Position numbers and translations under genes: made by a program. Below, piece after piece: positions 26,167 to 35,205 of a stretch of 64,000 nt of DNA. Each line of letters begins with the position of its first letter. Position 1 is the first letter of the stretch. The notes under the pieces were generated by a model. The model was not told the origin of the DNA. It did not search any database and saw nothing but the letters and a program-made list of their open reading frames with translations. The DNA is from a virus: IMG/VR virus record IMGVR_UViG_3300042469_000981, one strand, 5' to 3'.

Positions 26167-26631
26167 TTATCCTTTATAAAATGCTGTGTTTTTTTCATGT
26201 TCCCTAAATTCAACTTGAACTATTTTTACACGCTTATTTGTTTCTTTTTGAATAAATGTGTTTAGCTTGTAATAAAAATATTGAGCAAAACATTCTGCTC
26301 CTGTATTAGGTATTACTCGTAATTGGATTATACCTTCGGCATCCATGTTACGAAAATGAGAAAGATATGGATCATCTTCTGCAATGATTGTAGTATGATC
26401 AAGCATATAATCCATCCATGCTTTAGGATTCATACCGTCGATAGTACCTTGGGAACGCTTCATACCTCCAAAGTCCCATACCCAGTTGCGGTGGTCAAGA
26501 TCGCCTTCAAACCATACTTTTAAACTTACTCCGTAACCATGTAGGAAACGACAATGAGTATCTATAGCTTTCCATTGACGGAATACAGTTGAGTAACCGT
26601 CAAATACTTTTGTTGATCTAAAACTACCCAT
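26167..26631 (-). CDS. queD: 6-carboxy-5,6,7,8-tetrahydropterin synthase
   Basis: HCRFLHGY, WVWDFG, LDHTTI, AECFA, EFREHEKNTAFY. Confidence 0.92.
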   Translation of the reverse strand: MGSFRSTKVFDGYSTVFRQWKAIDTHCRFLHGYGVSLKVWFEGDLDHRNWVWDFGGMKRSQGTIDGMNPKAWMDYMLDHTTIIAEDDPYLSHFRNMDAEGIIQLRVIPNTGAECFAQYFYYKLNTFIQKETNKRVKIVQVEFREHEKNTAFYKG

Positions 26632-26869
26632 TAATAAATTCCATTATTTGTTCAAAACTTTTAACTCCTACAAACCGACGTAATTCTTGTCCATTTTGAG
26701 CTAGTACTACTGTAGGAACACTCATTACATTAGCTGAACGTGCTCTATCTGCTTCATAATCAATGTTAATTTTTTCAACATTAATTTGTTGTCCTACTTT
26801 ATCCATAATAGGACCTAAGGTTCGACATGGTTCACACCATGGTGCGGTAAAATAAAATATCTGTTTCAT
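26624..26869 (-). CDS. thioredoxin-like protein
   Basis: FTAPWCEPC, VMSVPT. Confidence 0.9.
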   Translation of the reverse strand: MKQIFYFTAPWCEPCRTLGPIMDKVGQQINVEKINIDYEADRARSANVMSVPTVVLAQNGQELRRFVGVKSFEQIMEFING

Positions 26870-27078
26870 ACTAATTCTTCTATAATTCCAATAATTTCAC
26901 TAAGGATTAAGATAAAAACTCCTAATCCAATACTATACAACAATGCTCCATACCCAGTCAACCTAACAGCTGATTTAAGAAAGCTAACAATCTGATGTTT
27001 TTTAGGATCAGGATGTTTTTGTTTTTCATTTAAAATTCTATAATGAATTTCATCATTAATAATACTTTCATTTTTCAT
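26866..27078 (-). CDS. small membrane protein
   Basis: Hydrophobic C-terminal half. Confidence 0.65.
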   Translation of the reverse strand: MKNESIINDEIHYRILNEKQKHPDPKKHQIVSFLKSAVRLTGYGALLYSIGLGVFILILSEIIGIIEELV

Positions 27079-27290
27079 ATAATTTCTTCTTCTTTAACTA
27101 ATTCAGCTCCAAAATTTTCCTCTAGGAGACGAGAGGTATTTTCTTTAAATAATGGTTTGGCTTGAGACCAATCATAAGACCATTGAATAGATCCTTTGAT
27201 TAGTCCCGTAAATACCTCACCATGCTTATTAACCACAACATACATTTGTGGGTACGGTCCTGATTTTCTATACTGTCTTTTCGTAATCAT
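27075..27290 (-). CDS. hypothetical protein
   Basis: Intact ORF in operon context. Confidence 0.55.
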   Translation of the reverse strand: MITKRQYRKSGPYPQMYVVVNKHGEVFTGLIKGSIQWSYDWSQAKPLFKENTSRLLEENFGAELVKEEEII

Positions 27291-28155
27291 CTAATACTGA
27301 AGATACGTACTCTTTTACATATTCCCAAGTTACTGGTCCAAATTCATCAGCATAGTTTACAGGATCTTTTTTACCTAACTTAAGAAATGCTTCTACACGT
27401 TCAACTGATGATGCTGATTTATAATCTGAAAACCATTCTGGTGATGGGTTTCCATAATTATCAAACACTAAATGAATCATTGGTTTGTAACTTGTGTTTG
27501 TACGGCTATAAACCTCATCAAAATCAATGCCTAGTTGTTCACAACATAATTCACCATCTTTTAAAATAGAAAATTTATTTCCTTCCATATACGGAACATA
27601 ATAATTTACTAAATGTGAATCCCAGTTACCTGTTTTAAACGCTACTTCATCTGCTTTTCTCCATTCATCTGTACAATCAGGATAAACTGAATGGTCACCA
27701 CTATGTACGCCTAAAGCAATAACACATTCTGTGTTTTTAGAATTAGCAATAGATAAAGCTACAGCTTGAGTAATAGATGAAAAGATTTTATTACGATTAG
27801 GAACTACAGTTGCCTTCATATTTTCTTCAGCATAGTGACCTTCAGGTACTTCATCTCCTCCGGTTACAAGTGCTGAATTAAGTAATTGGGACAAACCATC
27901 TAATTTAATTACTTGATAATTAATTTTTGGAAAATGATGCATGATAACTTCTGTTGTATCATTTTTGTACTTAGTTTCATCAGCTTTACTATTTAAATAG
28001 TTAACTAAATCTTGAGCACGTTCAAGTTCAACTGAGTGTTTTTGCCCATAATCAAAGGATAGTGCTGTAACTTCATAACCATTGGCGAGTAGATGAAGCA
28101 GCAAGGTAGAGCTATCCATTCCTCCACTTAGTGATAATACTGCTTGTTTTGTCAT
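27268..28155 (-). CDS. queC: 7-cyano-7-deazaguanine synthase-like PP-loop ATPase (lacks canonical Zn cysteines)
   Basis: SLSGGMDSST, DYGQKH, VVPNRN, YPDC; C-terminal TNTSY...SDYKSASSVER replaces TxxCY...CGxCxxCxxR. Confidence 0.9.
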   Translation of the reverse strand: MTKQAVLSLSGGMDSSTLLLHLLANGYEVTALSFDYGQKHSVELERAQDLVNYLNSKADETKYKNDTTEVIMHHFPKINYQVIKLDGLSQLLNSALVTGGDEVPEGHYAEENMKATVVPNRNKIFSSITQAVALSIANSKNTECVIALGVHSGDHSVYPDCTDEWRKADEVAFKTGNWDSHLVNYYVPYMEGNKFSILKDGELCCEQLGIDFDEVYSRTNTSYKPMIHLVFDNYGNPSPEWFSDYKSASSVERVEAFLKLGKKDPVNYADEFGPVTWEYVKEYVSSVLDDYEKTV

Positions 28156-28289
28156 AGTTTTGTTTTATTTGCTAATCTACGTAACTGTTCTAAATTAGAC
28201 AAGCTTAGGCGAAAACGATTTTCCCAAATAGCATCTAGTACTTTTTTAATTTCAGCTTCATAAGCTGGATTAATATCTATTTTTTTCAT
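28152..28289 (-). CDS. small hypothetical protein (45 aa)
   Basis: Hand translation MKKIDINPAYEAEIKKVLDAIWENRFRLSLSNLEQLRRLANKTKL; ATGA overlaps on both sides. Confidence 0.65.
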   Translation of the reverse strand: MKKIDINPAYEAEIKKVLDAIWENRFRLSLSNLEQLRRLANKTKL

Positions 28290-28474
28290 TTGTTAAAATA
28301 TTCGTTTAAAAATGATTTAGGGTACATTACAATTTTACCTTTATAAACAGGATTTGATACTTGTTTAATAGTTGTAACAATTTTTTTAGCAGTTGCAGCT
28401 GCAAAAACATCTTTACCTAGTTCTTGACCTGCTGCCTTGCCTAAGTAATCATAAAGTGATAACATTTCTTCCAT
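28286..28474 (-). CDS. hypothetical protein
   Basis: Intact ORF in operon context. Confidence 0.65.
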   Translation of the reverse strand: MEEMLSLYDYLGKAAGQELGKDVFAAATAKKIVTTIKQVSNPVYKGKIVMYPKSFLNEYFNK

Positions 28475-28477
28475 AAC

Positions 28478-28963
28478 TTATTTTTTTAAATATATTTTTT
28501 CTTTAGTGCCTGCTGTTTGGTCATACCATTGTTCTTTATTCATGTCATACCATCTATAAGGTAATTCTGGGTTATCATTCCAACCATGAGCTCCATAGTA
28601 AACAGCGTCTTTTCTTAACAAATTTGCTCTGTGAGACTTATGAAATTCTTCATCTCCAAACCAAACAGGCATAACAATCTCTTCAGTAATAACCTCTTTT
28701 TTCATAGTATTATTTTTACCTCGAGCAACCCAAACGTCTATAGAGTCGTTTAAATATTGTTTTAACGCAGGTATGTTATTTCTGAACATTTGGCTTATAG
28801 GGTGGTTAACTCGGCTTTTAGAATATGCTTTACCAGTCAGTGTTGGTCTACCTTCTAGACCAGCAATTAACTGATAAGTTTCTACTCGTTGTTTACCTAA
28901 ACGTTTATCATCTAGAGATTCAAGTGATGTTTTAAAGTCGGGGTATGGGAGAAATACTTGCAT
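28478..28963 (-). CDS. pyrimidine dimer DNA glycosylase / endonuclease V-like protein
   Basis: MQVFLP, LDDKRLGKQRVE, NHP, PVWFG, HKSHRANLLRKD. Confidence 0.8.
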   Translation of the reverse strand: MQVFLPYPDFKTSLESLDDKRLGKQRVETYQLIAGLEGRPTLTGKAYSKSRVNHPISQMFRNNIPALKQYLNDSIDVWVARGKNNTMKKEVITEEIVMPVWFGDEEFHKSHRANLLRKDAVYYGAHGWNDNPELPYRWYDMNKEQWYDQTAGTKEKIYLKK

Positions 28964-29739
28964 TATTTTAATAGTTTTCTAAACATTCTTAAATTCCAAT
29001 CAAGTAAGTTATAATCAATATCTGTAGTGTAAAAATTATGGTTCATATCTGATTTTGGTTTTTCAGTTAAACCATTTCTACCATATTGAATACCATCTAA
29101 AGTAGCCATAATTGGGTTTGATGTATCAATAGTTTCAATAAAAGGCATATCTTTATACCAACTGAATTCTTGTGGTACTTGACAGCCTAATAGATGTACT
29201 CTATCATTATCTACAATCAAACCCATATGATACATTCTACTTATTACCTCAATTCTACCTAATGCTTTAGCTAGATTTTCATTAGGATGATTAGAGTGAT
29301 TTAAATAATATTCAGCACCATATGAAAATGCTATCTTTTTATAACCTAAATCTTTATATGTTTGATAACATAAAACAGCATCTAAAAAGTTTTGAGCTTG
29401 AACAACTGCTACTTTAGTAACTTCTTTAGGTAATTTAATTTGAGTCCATTTTCTAGCATTAACAATAGAAGCATTTGTATCTTGCCAAACATCAGGAACA
29501 ATAAACTCATTAGGACGTAACTTATCTACCCAATATAATAGACCTGAATCATGGTATGCTGTTCCTAATTCATGGAGTGAATTATCTAAGATAATATAAC
29601 GACCTTGTTGTTTTGCTTTCATAAAGAAATCAACATAGTCTTTATCTTTATCTAAAAGATGAACTAAACAATAATCATAGTCATTAAAATCAAGACTATC
29701 TTCTAACAAACATAAGGGAACTTCATGACTTATTTTCAT
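28963..29739 (-). CDS. TGT/DpdA-like TIM-barrel protein, candidate DNA-guanine transglycosylase
   Basis: IILDNS, IVPDV, AVVQA, VHLLG, IDTSNP follow the TGT-fold motif order (D...QG...HxLG...DS); heads the queC/D/E/folE cluster. Confidence 0.55.
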   Translation of the reverse strand: MKISHEVPLCLLEDSLDFNDYDYCLVHLLDKDKDYVDFFMKAKQQGRYIILDNSLHELGTAYHDSGLLYWVDKLRPNEFIVPDVWQDTNASIVNARKWTQIKLPKEVTKVAVVQAQNFLDAVLCYQTYKDLGYKKIAFSYGAEYYLNHSNHPNENLAKALGRIEVISRMYHMGLIVDNDRVHLLGCQVPQEFSWYKDMPFIETIDTSNPIMATLDGIQYGRNGLTEKPKSDMNHNFYTTDIDYNLLDWNLRMFRKLLK

Positions 29740-30224
29740 ATATTTACTTTTTTAGGTCTACCTCGTCTTTTAGGAGCTACTCTCCTAACATTGTATTTTG
29801 TACTAGCATAAAGATAATAATCCTTTACAGATGAGCCAAACAATTTAATCTCTTCTTCTACTAAAAGTTTATCAATTTCAAAATGATCATAAATAGCATC
29901 TATAAAATTCTCTAATTTAGAATCATCATCATTATAATGGTCTGTCATTAAACGCTCATATTTACTTAACAACAAACCGCCTCGTTTAGCTCTATCAAAT
30001 GGTTCTAAACCAGCATTGTCATTATCATATTTTTCCCAAAGTGCTGATTGTGCCATCCAAAAATAAGGAGATGGATCAAAGTCACCATTGTTTATTCTTT
30101 TTTCAATATGAGCAGACTTAGGTAGTGGTTTTGGAACATCATAATTTCTCCACCATCTAAATGGACTGTAATTAAGTTTTTTAAGTTGTGATAAGTGTTT
30201 TTGAATAACTTCTCTAGAATGCAT
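29736..30224 (-). CDS. hypothetical protein with C-terminal AT-hook-like motif
   Basis: Ends PKRRGRPKKVNI. Confidence 0.65.
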   Translation of the reverse strand: MHSREVIQKHLSQLKKLNYSPFRWWRNYDVPKPLPKSAHIEKRINNGDFDPSPYFWMAQSALWEKYDNDNAGLEPFDRAKRGGLLLSKYERLMTDHYNDDDSKLENFIDAIYDHFEIDKLLVEEEIKLFGSSVKDYYLYASTKYNVRRVAPKRRGRPKKVNI

Positions 30225-30225
30225 A

Positions 30226-30453
30226 TTAGAAACCTATTTCTTTTTGTAAATCATATATTTCTTTTTCTACCTCAGAATATACATTAAGATTTAAATAAGT
30301 ATCATTCCAATTATGATAAAATAAATATTCTTTAGCTGCTTTAGGCATAAATTCTTTAACCAATTGAGCTTCTTCAGCGGTTAAAACCTCTTTGTTGTAG
30401 AAAAGCTCCTGAGCGGCTTGGAAATCAATATGTTTTAGAGTTTTATAAATCAT
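30226..30453 (-). CDS. hypothetical protein
   Basis: First ORF after a promoter motif. Confidence 0.65.
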   Translation of the reverse strand: MIYKTLKHIDFQAAQELFYNKEVLTAEEAQLVKEFMPKAAKEYLFYHNWNDTYLNLNVYSEVEKEIYDLQKEIGF

Positions 30454-30475
30454 AACCTTTATTTTTATTATGCTA

Positions 30476-30507
30476 TAAATATAACATCAAAATCTAACAA
30501 GGCCAAA
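30476..30507 (-). promoter_or_regulatory. early/middle-type promoter motif heading the deazaguanine operon
   Basis: TTTGGC-N18-TATATTTA. Confidence 0.75.
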
Positions 30508-30514
30508 CAAGAGA

Positions 30515-31744
30515 TTAAAAATAAGTTATAGTATTATCATCTTTTTTAGACTGGAATTGTTTTGTTAGTAAGTCTTTTAGATTACTTACTTCATTTAAAA
30601 CTTTTTCTTTTTTCCAGTTTTCAGCTGTAGTAAAACTATTAGTTACATCTTCTAGTTTATTAATAGCTTCCATATACTGATTAAGTTGTTGAGTGTCTTT
30701 TATGTTTAGGTTAGCTGCTTTAGCTTCTTCCTCATCTATAATCCCATCATCATTAGTATCTGCTTTATCAAATACTTCTTTAAGTTCTTCTTCCTCAACA
30801 ATACCATCTCCATCTAAATCTAATTTATTTTTATAATATTCTTTATCTTTTTCTTTATAGATTTCATATTGTTTTTCTTCTTCCTCTAAAATATCATTTT
30901 CACCTAACTCAGCTTCTAACCATTCTTTATCTTCATCTGTTAGTTTGTTTATAGGTGTCTTACGTAATTGAGCAAATGCAAAGTTAGCGGCTATAACAAG
31001 AGCAATAGCTAATGGATCAAATACAAATATAATAACTAATATATACCAGTTAATGATTCGGTCCATAGTAACACCAGTAAGAGCACTTAAATATTTTAAA
31101 GGACCTAACTCACTAGTCGCTGTAGCATTAGTTTTAACTTCTAATATTTTAGACTCAATTGAAAAAATAGAGTCATTTATTATATCTAATTTAGAAGATA
31201 ATTTATCATCTGATTTAGAGGCATTCTCAATTTGTTTAATAGAAGCATTGTTAGATCTTACTACTAAATTACCTTTACGATCTGTAAATTGGGTTGTTGA
31301 TCCTTTAGATAAGCTACCTTTTAATTCAGATAAGGATTGTTTTTCTTGTAAAATACCTGCTCTAGTATTTTCATATAATTTCTTTTTAGTTTCTAAAGAT
31401 GCTACTCTAGAATCAACAATACTAGTTTGGTCAGCTGTTTTTTGGTAAGCTGAAGATAAATAACCATAGATACCCGCTGATGTAATTAATATTAAAATAA
31501 CAGCTGCTATAGTTAAATAAATTCTTAGTATTTTATTTAATTTATTCCAGTATTGATATAATAAAGAGGCAATTACTAATTTAGATATCTCTAAAGAAGA
31601 GGCCATAATCATCACAGCAGTACTAGCCCCAGCAAATAACATGCTGAGACCAGTAATACTATAAACGGCTGCGGACGCACTTACTGATAGTGCTGAAAGA
31701 GCAATTATGAATGGGAATACTCTTTCTTTGATTTTTTCAAACAT
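30515..31744 (-). CDS. multi-pass membrane protein with coiled coil and EF-hand pair
   Basis: Three N-terminal hydrophobic segments, one more after a coiled coil; DLDGDGIVEEEE and DTNDDGIIDEEE 12-residue EF loops. Confidence 0.75.
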   Translation of the reverse strand: MFEKIKERVFPFIIALSALSVSASAAVYSITGLSMLFAGASTAVMIMASSLEISKLVIASLLYQYWNKLNKILRIYLTIAAVILILITSAGIYGYLSSAYQKTADQTSIVDSRVASLETKKKLYENTRAGILQEKQSLSELKGSLSKGSTTQFTDRKGNLVVRSNNASIKQIENASKSDDKLSSKLDIINDSIFSIESKILEVKTNATATSELGPLKYLSALTGVTMDRIINWYILVIIFVFDPLAIALVIAANFAFAQLRKTPINKLTDEDKEWLEAELGENDILEEEEKQYEIYKEKDKEYYKNKLDLDGDGIVEEEELKEVFDKADTNDDGIIDEEEAKAANLNIKDTQQLNQYMEAINKLEDVTNSFTTAENWKKEKVLNEVSNLKDLLTKQFQSKKDDNTITYF

Positions 31745-31762
31745 AATCTTAAAAATTAAGCT

Positions 31763-31786
31763 GGTGAGAGCTTATTCGCTCTCACC
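31763..31786 (-). terminator. hairpin overlapping a stop codon
   Basis: Perfect 9-bp stem GGTGAGAGC/GCTCTCACC with 6-nt loop; weak T tract. Confidence 0.5.
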
Positions 31787-31951
31787 TTTGCTTTTTTTCT
31801 TTTTGTAGTACTTACGTTTTGGTTTTGGGGCAGGAGATTCTTGAGCGGCTACCATTTCTTTCACTGTAGGTTTAACTTCCGCAGGAGCAGGAGTTTCAAC
31901 TACTTTACTTTTACCAAAAATTAAGTTTCTAAGTTTTTGTATAAGATTCAT
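31772..31951 (-). CDS. small Pro/Lys-rich protein (59 aa)
   Basis: Hand translation MNLIQKLRNLIFGKSKVVETPAPAEVKPTVKEMVAAQESPAPKPKRKYYKKKKAKGESE; TATTTATA just upstream. Confidence 0.7.
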   Translation of the reverse strand: MNLIQKLRNLIFGKSKVVETPAPAEVKPTVKEMVAAQESPAPKPKRKYYKKKKSKGESE

Positions 31952-31963
31952 AATTATAAATAT

Positions 31964-33820
31964 TTACACTATTTCACAAGCACCTCCAGCACAAGCTGCT
32001 TGATCCATCAATGCTGTGTTATCAGTCATCTCAATTACTTTGGATAAATCTACTTGATGTAATGATTTTACTGCCTCATTAAATTGTTCCTCAGTAATTG
32101 TTTCATAAGGAGCTTGCTTATAAGTACCTAAATCTTCAGGTAAGAATGAAAGTGCGGTAAAGTATTCTTTGTTTTCATAAAGCCATTCTCCAACAGTACC
32201 CCATTCATCTTGTTTAATAGTTACTGTAGCTGATACGTTGTGCATATTAGCACCTTTTCTATGACCTGGTTTGATCCAATTTTTATTAATTGTTTTAATG
32301 CGTTCTAACATATCCATAGCTGATTCTTTACGTGTGATTGAACCTTCTGGAGCACGTTGAGGAACAGAAACAATTGATTGTAATGTTGGTTTAAAGAAAT
32401 CATCTTCCAACATTTCAGGATGGTACATACTTAAGTAAGCATAAAGTGCTTCATTTTTACCTAAACGAATACGGCGAATATAATAATCATCATGCCAAGC
32501 GTGAATGCCTGAACTTGTACCTAGTACTAATGAAGTGGTACCTGAAGGTTTAACTGTAGTGACACGAGCTGCTTTATTAATACCTAATACTTTAGCTAAA
32601 CGTTCATTTTCATCACATGCTACCTTAGCTGCTTCTTTCATATTTAATTTAAATACAGCCCCTGAAGCAATACCTGTCATTCCAATACCTAACAATGCTT
32701 CTTTTTCAGTTGTTTTTCTCCAAACATCTCTCAAATAATGAAAGTCAGTATATGAGGCTTGTAGTGTACCAATAAATGCTGCTGCTTTAGCTCTTGAGTT
32801 ATATTCTTCTTGTGTTTCAATATCTGAAGCATTAATTTCGCACAAGTTACAGAATTGATTAGCTTTCAAGTTAATTTCAGCGCATGGGTTAGTACCAGCA
32901 TCTTTATCATTTGTAAATAAGAAACCTGGTTCACCACTGTTAGATGCTTCAATTTTACCCCACAAGTTCATAAATGTTTCTTTATCAATCATGTTACGAA
33001 GTAATACTGCTGAGTTATTAGCACGGCCACGTTGTGGATTATTTTCCCACCAGTTACCAAACTTACAAGTTAACATATTCTCATCATGTAGGTTAAATAA
33101 AGCAATTAAAGCAGCCCTACGAATACCTCCGGATAACACAGCATCAGCTAAGTGACAAATAATGTCATGACATTCTACTGTTGTTAATTTTTCACCATCT
33201 TGTTTACGGTCTAAAATAGCTTGCATATGAATTAAAGCAATTTTCAATGGTTCAGGACCTGGTGCTTTACCACCTACTGTAATCAATGAAGCACCTTTAG
33301 CTCTAATGTCTCTAAAGTCAAATAGAGGAGCAGTTGATGTGTAACCAAAATAAGCTTTAGTCAACATACGAACAGCATCAGCCCATCCTTCAATAGAATC
33401 ACCTACTAGATAACGCTTTGATTTCAAAGGTTTTCTAATTTCAGGTAATTGTTCTACATGGTGGGTTTGAACTGAGTATCCAACTCCACAACCTGAAAGT
33501 AACAAAAACATAATTTCAGAAAATGCTCTGTAATCATCAATTGGTAAATATGAACAGTTAAAAATACGAGCGTTGTTTATTTCAATAGGCTTACCAGCAA
33601 ATTGCATTGAACGCATAGATGGTAGTACTTTTTTGTCATAAACAAACTTGTAAGCGGCTTCAATTTCTTCAGCCAATTCAGGAAATTTCTTCAAGTGCAT
33701 TTCCTTGTTTCGAGTTACTAGCTCGTCCCATGTCTCTCTCCTGTTTTTGTCAGGTACGAATTTCGCGTATTTGAGGTGGGTAGTGATTTCAGACAAAATT
33801 TGTGATTCTGTAGTTAACAT
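31964..33820 (-). CDS. nrdJ: class II (adenosylcobalamin-dependent) ribonucleotide reductase
   Basis: IFNCSY, GCGVGYSV, GGIRRAA, GTNPCAEI, FCNLCE, TTVKPSGT, C-terminal CAGGAC; no beta-subunit gene nearby. Confidence 0.92.
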   Translation of the reverse strand: MLTTESQILSEITTHLKYAKFVPDKNRRETWDELVTRNKEMHLKKFPELAEEIEAAYKFVYDKKVLPSMRSMQFAGKPIEINNARIFNCSYLPIDDYRAFSEIMFLLLSGCGVGYSVQTHHVEQLPEIRKPLKSKRYLVGDSIEGWADAVRMLTKAYFGYTSTAPLFDFRDIRAKGASLITVGGKAPGPEPLKIALIHMQAILDRKQDGEKLTTVECHDIICHLADAVLSGGIRRAALIALFNLHDENMLTCKFGNWWENNPQRGRANNSAVLLRNMIDKETFMNLWGKIEASNSGEPGFLFTNDKDAGTNPCAEINLKANQFCNLCEINASDIETQEEYNSRAKAAAFIGTLQASYTDFHYLRDVWRKTTEKEALLGIGMTGIASGAVFKLNMKEAAKVACDENERLAKVLGINKAARVTTVKPSGTTSLVLGTSSGIHAWHDDYYIRRIRLGKNEALYAYLSMYHPEMLEDDFFKPTLQSIVSVPQRAPEGSITRKESAMDMLERIKTINKNWIKPGHRKGANMHNVSATVTIKQDEWGTVGEWLYENKEYFTALSFLPEDLGTYKQAPYETITEEQFNEAVKSLHQVDLSKVIEMTDNTALMDQAACAGGACEIV

Positions 33821-33838
33821 TGTTTTTTTAATAATTTT

Positions 33839-35200
33839 TTAGTTAGATAGTTCGAAAAATCTTTGTTTAATAAGTGCCTTGTCTGATGAATCTATACCTC
33901 CAAAAGTATTAGATTTTTGTGGTGAAGATGATTCTTCGTCTTCTTCTAAATAGGATGATACCTCAAAATGCCCTGTTGAGGTATCTACTTTGACAGAATA
34001 GGTCATACCGTCCATTCCGTATCGATTTTTCATAATGTGAAATCTTCCTGTCCCATTTACTTTATCTTGACGTTTCCTTGATAAGGATATAGCAACATCA
34101 GTAACCATCATTTTATCATAGCTACCTGCTGCTTTATCACCCTCAATAATATCATCTTTTGCACCAGCGCGGTTTACTTGAGATACACTCCAAATAGGTA
34201 GATTTAATTCTCTAGCAAGACCCTTAGTACTAATATAAATATCATCTATTTCATCCTTACGCTCACGATTATTTTTCTTTGAACGAAGAAGATCTACATA
34301 GTCAATAATAATTAGGTCTGGTTTAAAATCTAGATCAATACATTTTTTAATATGTGATTCAATAGTTGATATAGATGCTTTGCCGGTTGGATATTCTTTA
34401 ATAATCAATTGACCTTCCAACTGATTGACTACATCTTCAATTTTAGTTTTATATTTTGTAATATCTTGAACTGATATGTTAGTGAAGAAAGCGTCATATC
34501 TTCGTCCTACATAATCAGCTCCTAATTCTAAAGTATAATGTAAAACATTATAACCTAACTTAACAGCATAACCACCTAAAGCAACTAGTGACCAAGATTT
34601 ACCACCACCTGGACTACCAAATATTAATCCGAAGTCACCATTACCTAAGCCACCTTGAAGTAGTTCATTAAATGATTCCCAAGGTGTAGGAACAATTTTT
34701 CTATGGTCTTCTCTATATCTTGATTCAACATCTTTATTATATTCATGACCCATATTTTTGTCTCCACCTGCTTTAAGTGCATTGTCAATCATTGATCTAA
34801 TTGAATCATAATCTCCAGCATTAAGAAAATCTACACTTGTTAACAATGCTTTTTTAAGCTGTTGGTTTTTACAAAAATTAGAAAATTCTTCCTCAACATA
34901 CTTAAGATCTTCATCTGATGCTTTATATGCTTCTCTTAATTGTTCTTTAATAGATACTTGTAAAACTTCATTATCAATTTTTTTAAGTTCTACTTTAAGA
35001 ACATCCATACTTGGAGTAGTATGATATTTTTGATAATATTTTAGGATTTCTTTAATAATCCAACGGTGTGCTGTGTTGTCAAAGTATTCTTCACTTAACA
35101 CATCTTGAATGTTCAATAGAAATTCTTTATGTGTTAAAAGTGAAGACAGTACTTTAACCTGGAATCCTATTCCGTATTGTGAAAGATTTTGTAATGTCAT
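33839..35200 (-). CDS. replicative DNA helicase (DnaB/gp41-like)
   Basis: GSPGGGKS, HYTLEL, IIIDYVDLL, WSVSQVNR, KNRYG. Confidence 0.93.
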   Translation of the reverse strand: MTLQNLSQYGIGFQVKVLSSLLTHKEFLLNIQDVLSEEYFDNTAHRWIIKEILKYYQKYHTTPSMDVLKVELKKIDNEVLQVSIKEQLREAYKASDEDLKYVEEEFSNFCKNQQLKKALLTSVDFLNAGDYDSIRSMIDNALKAGGDKNMGHEYNKDVESRYREDHRKIVPTPWESFNELLQGGLGNGDFGLIFGSPGGGKSWSLVALGGYAVKLGYNVLHYTLELGADYVGRRYDAFFTNISVQDITKYKTKIEDVVNQLEGQLIIKEYPTGKASISTIESHIKKCIDLDFKPDLIIIDYVDLLRSKKNNRERKDEIDDIYISTKGLARELNLPIWSVSQVNRAGAKDDIIEGDKAAGSYDKMMVTDVAISLSRKRQDKVNGTGRFHIMKNRYGMDGMTYSVKVDTSTGHFEVSSYLEEDEESSSPQKSNTFGGIDSSDKALIKQRFFELSN

Positions 35201-35205
35201 ATAAC

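Noticed and set aside
17801-35200. Inteins or introns in PolB, NrdJ or helicase
   Set aside because: Lengths and motif spacing are normal and no splice-junction motifs or frame breaks are seen
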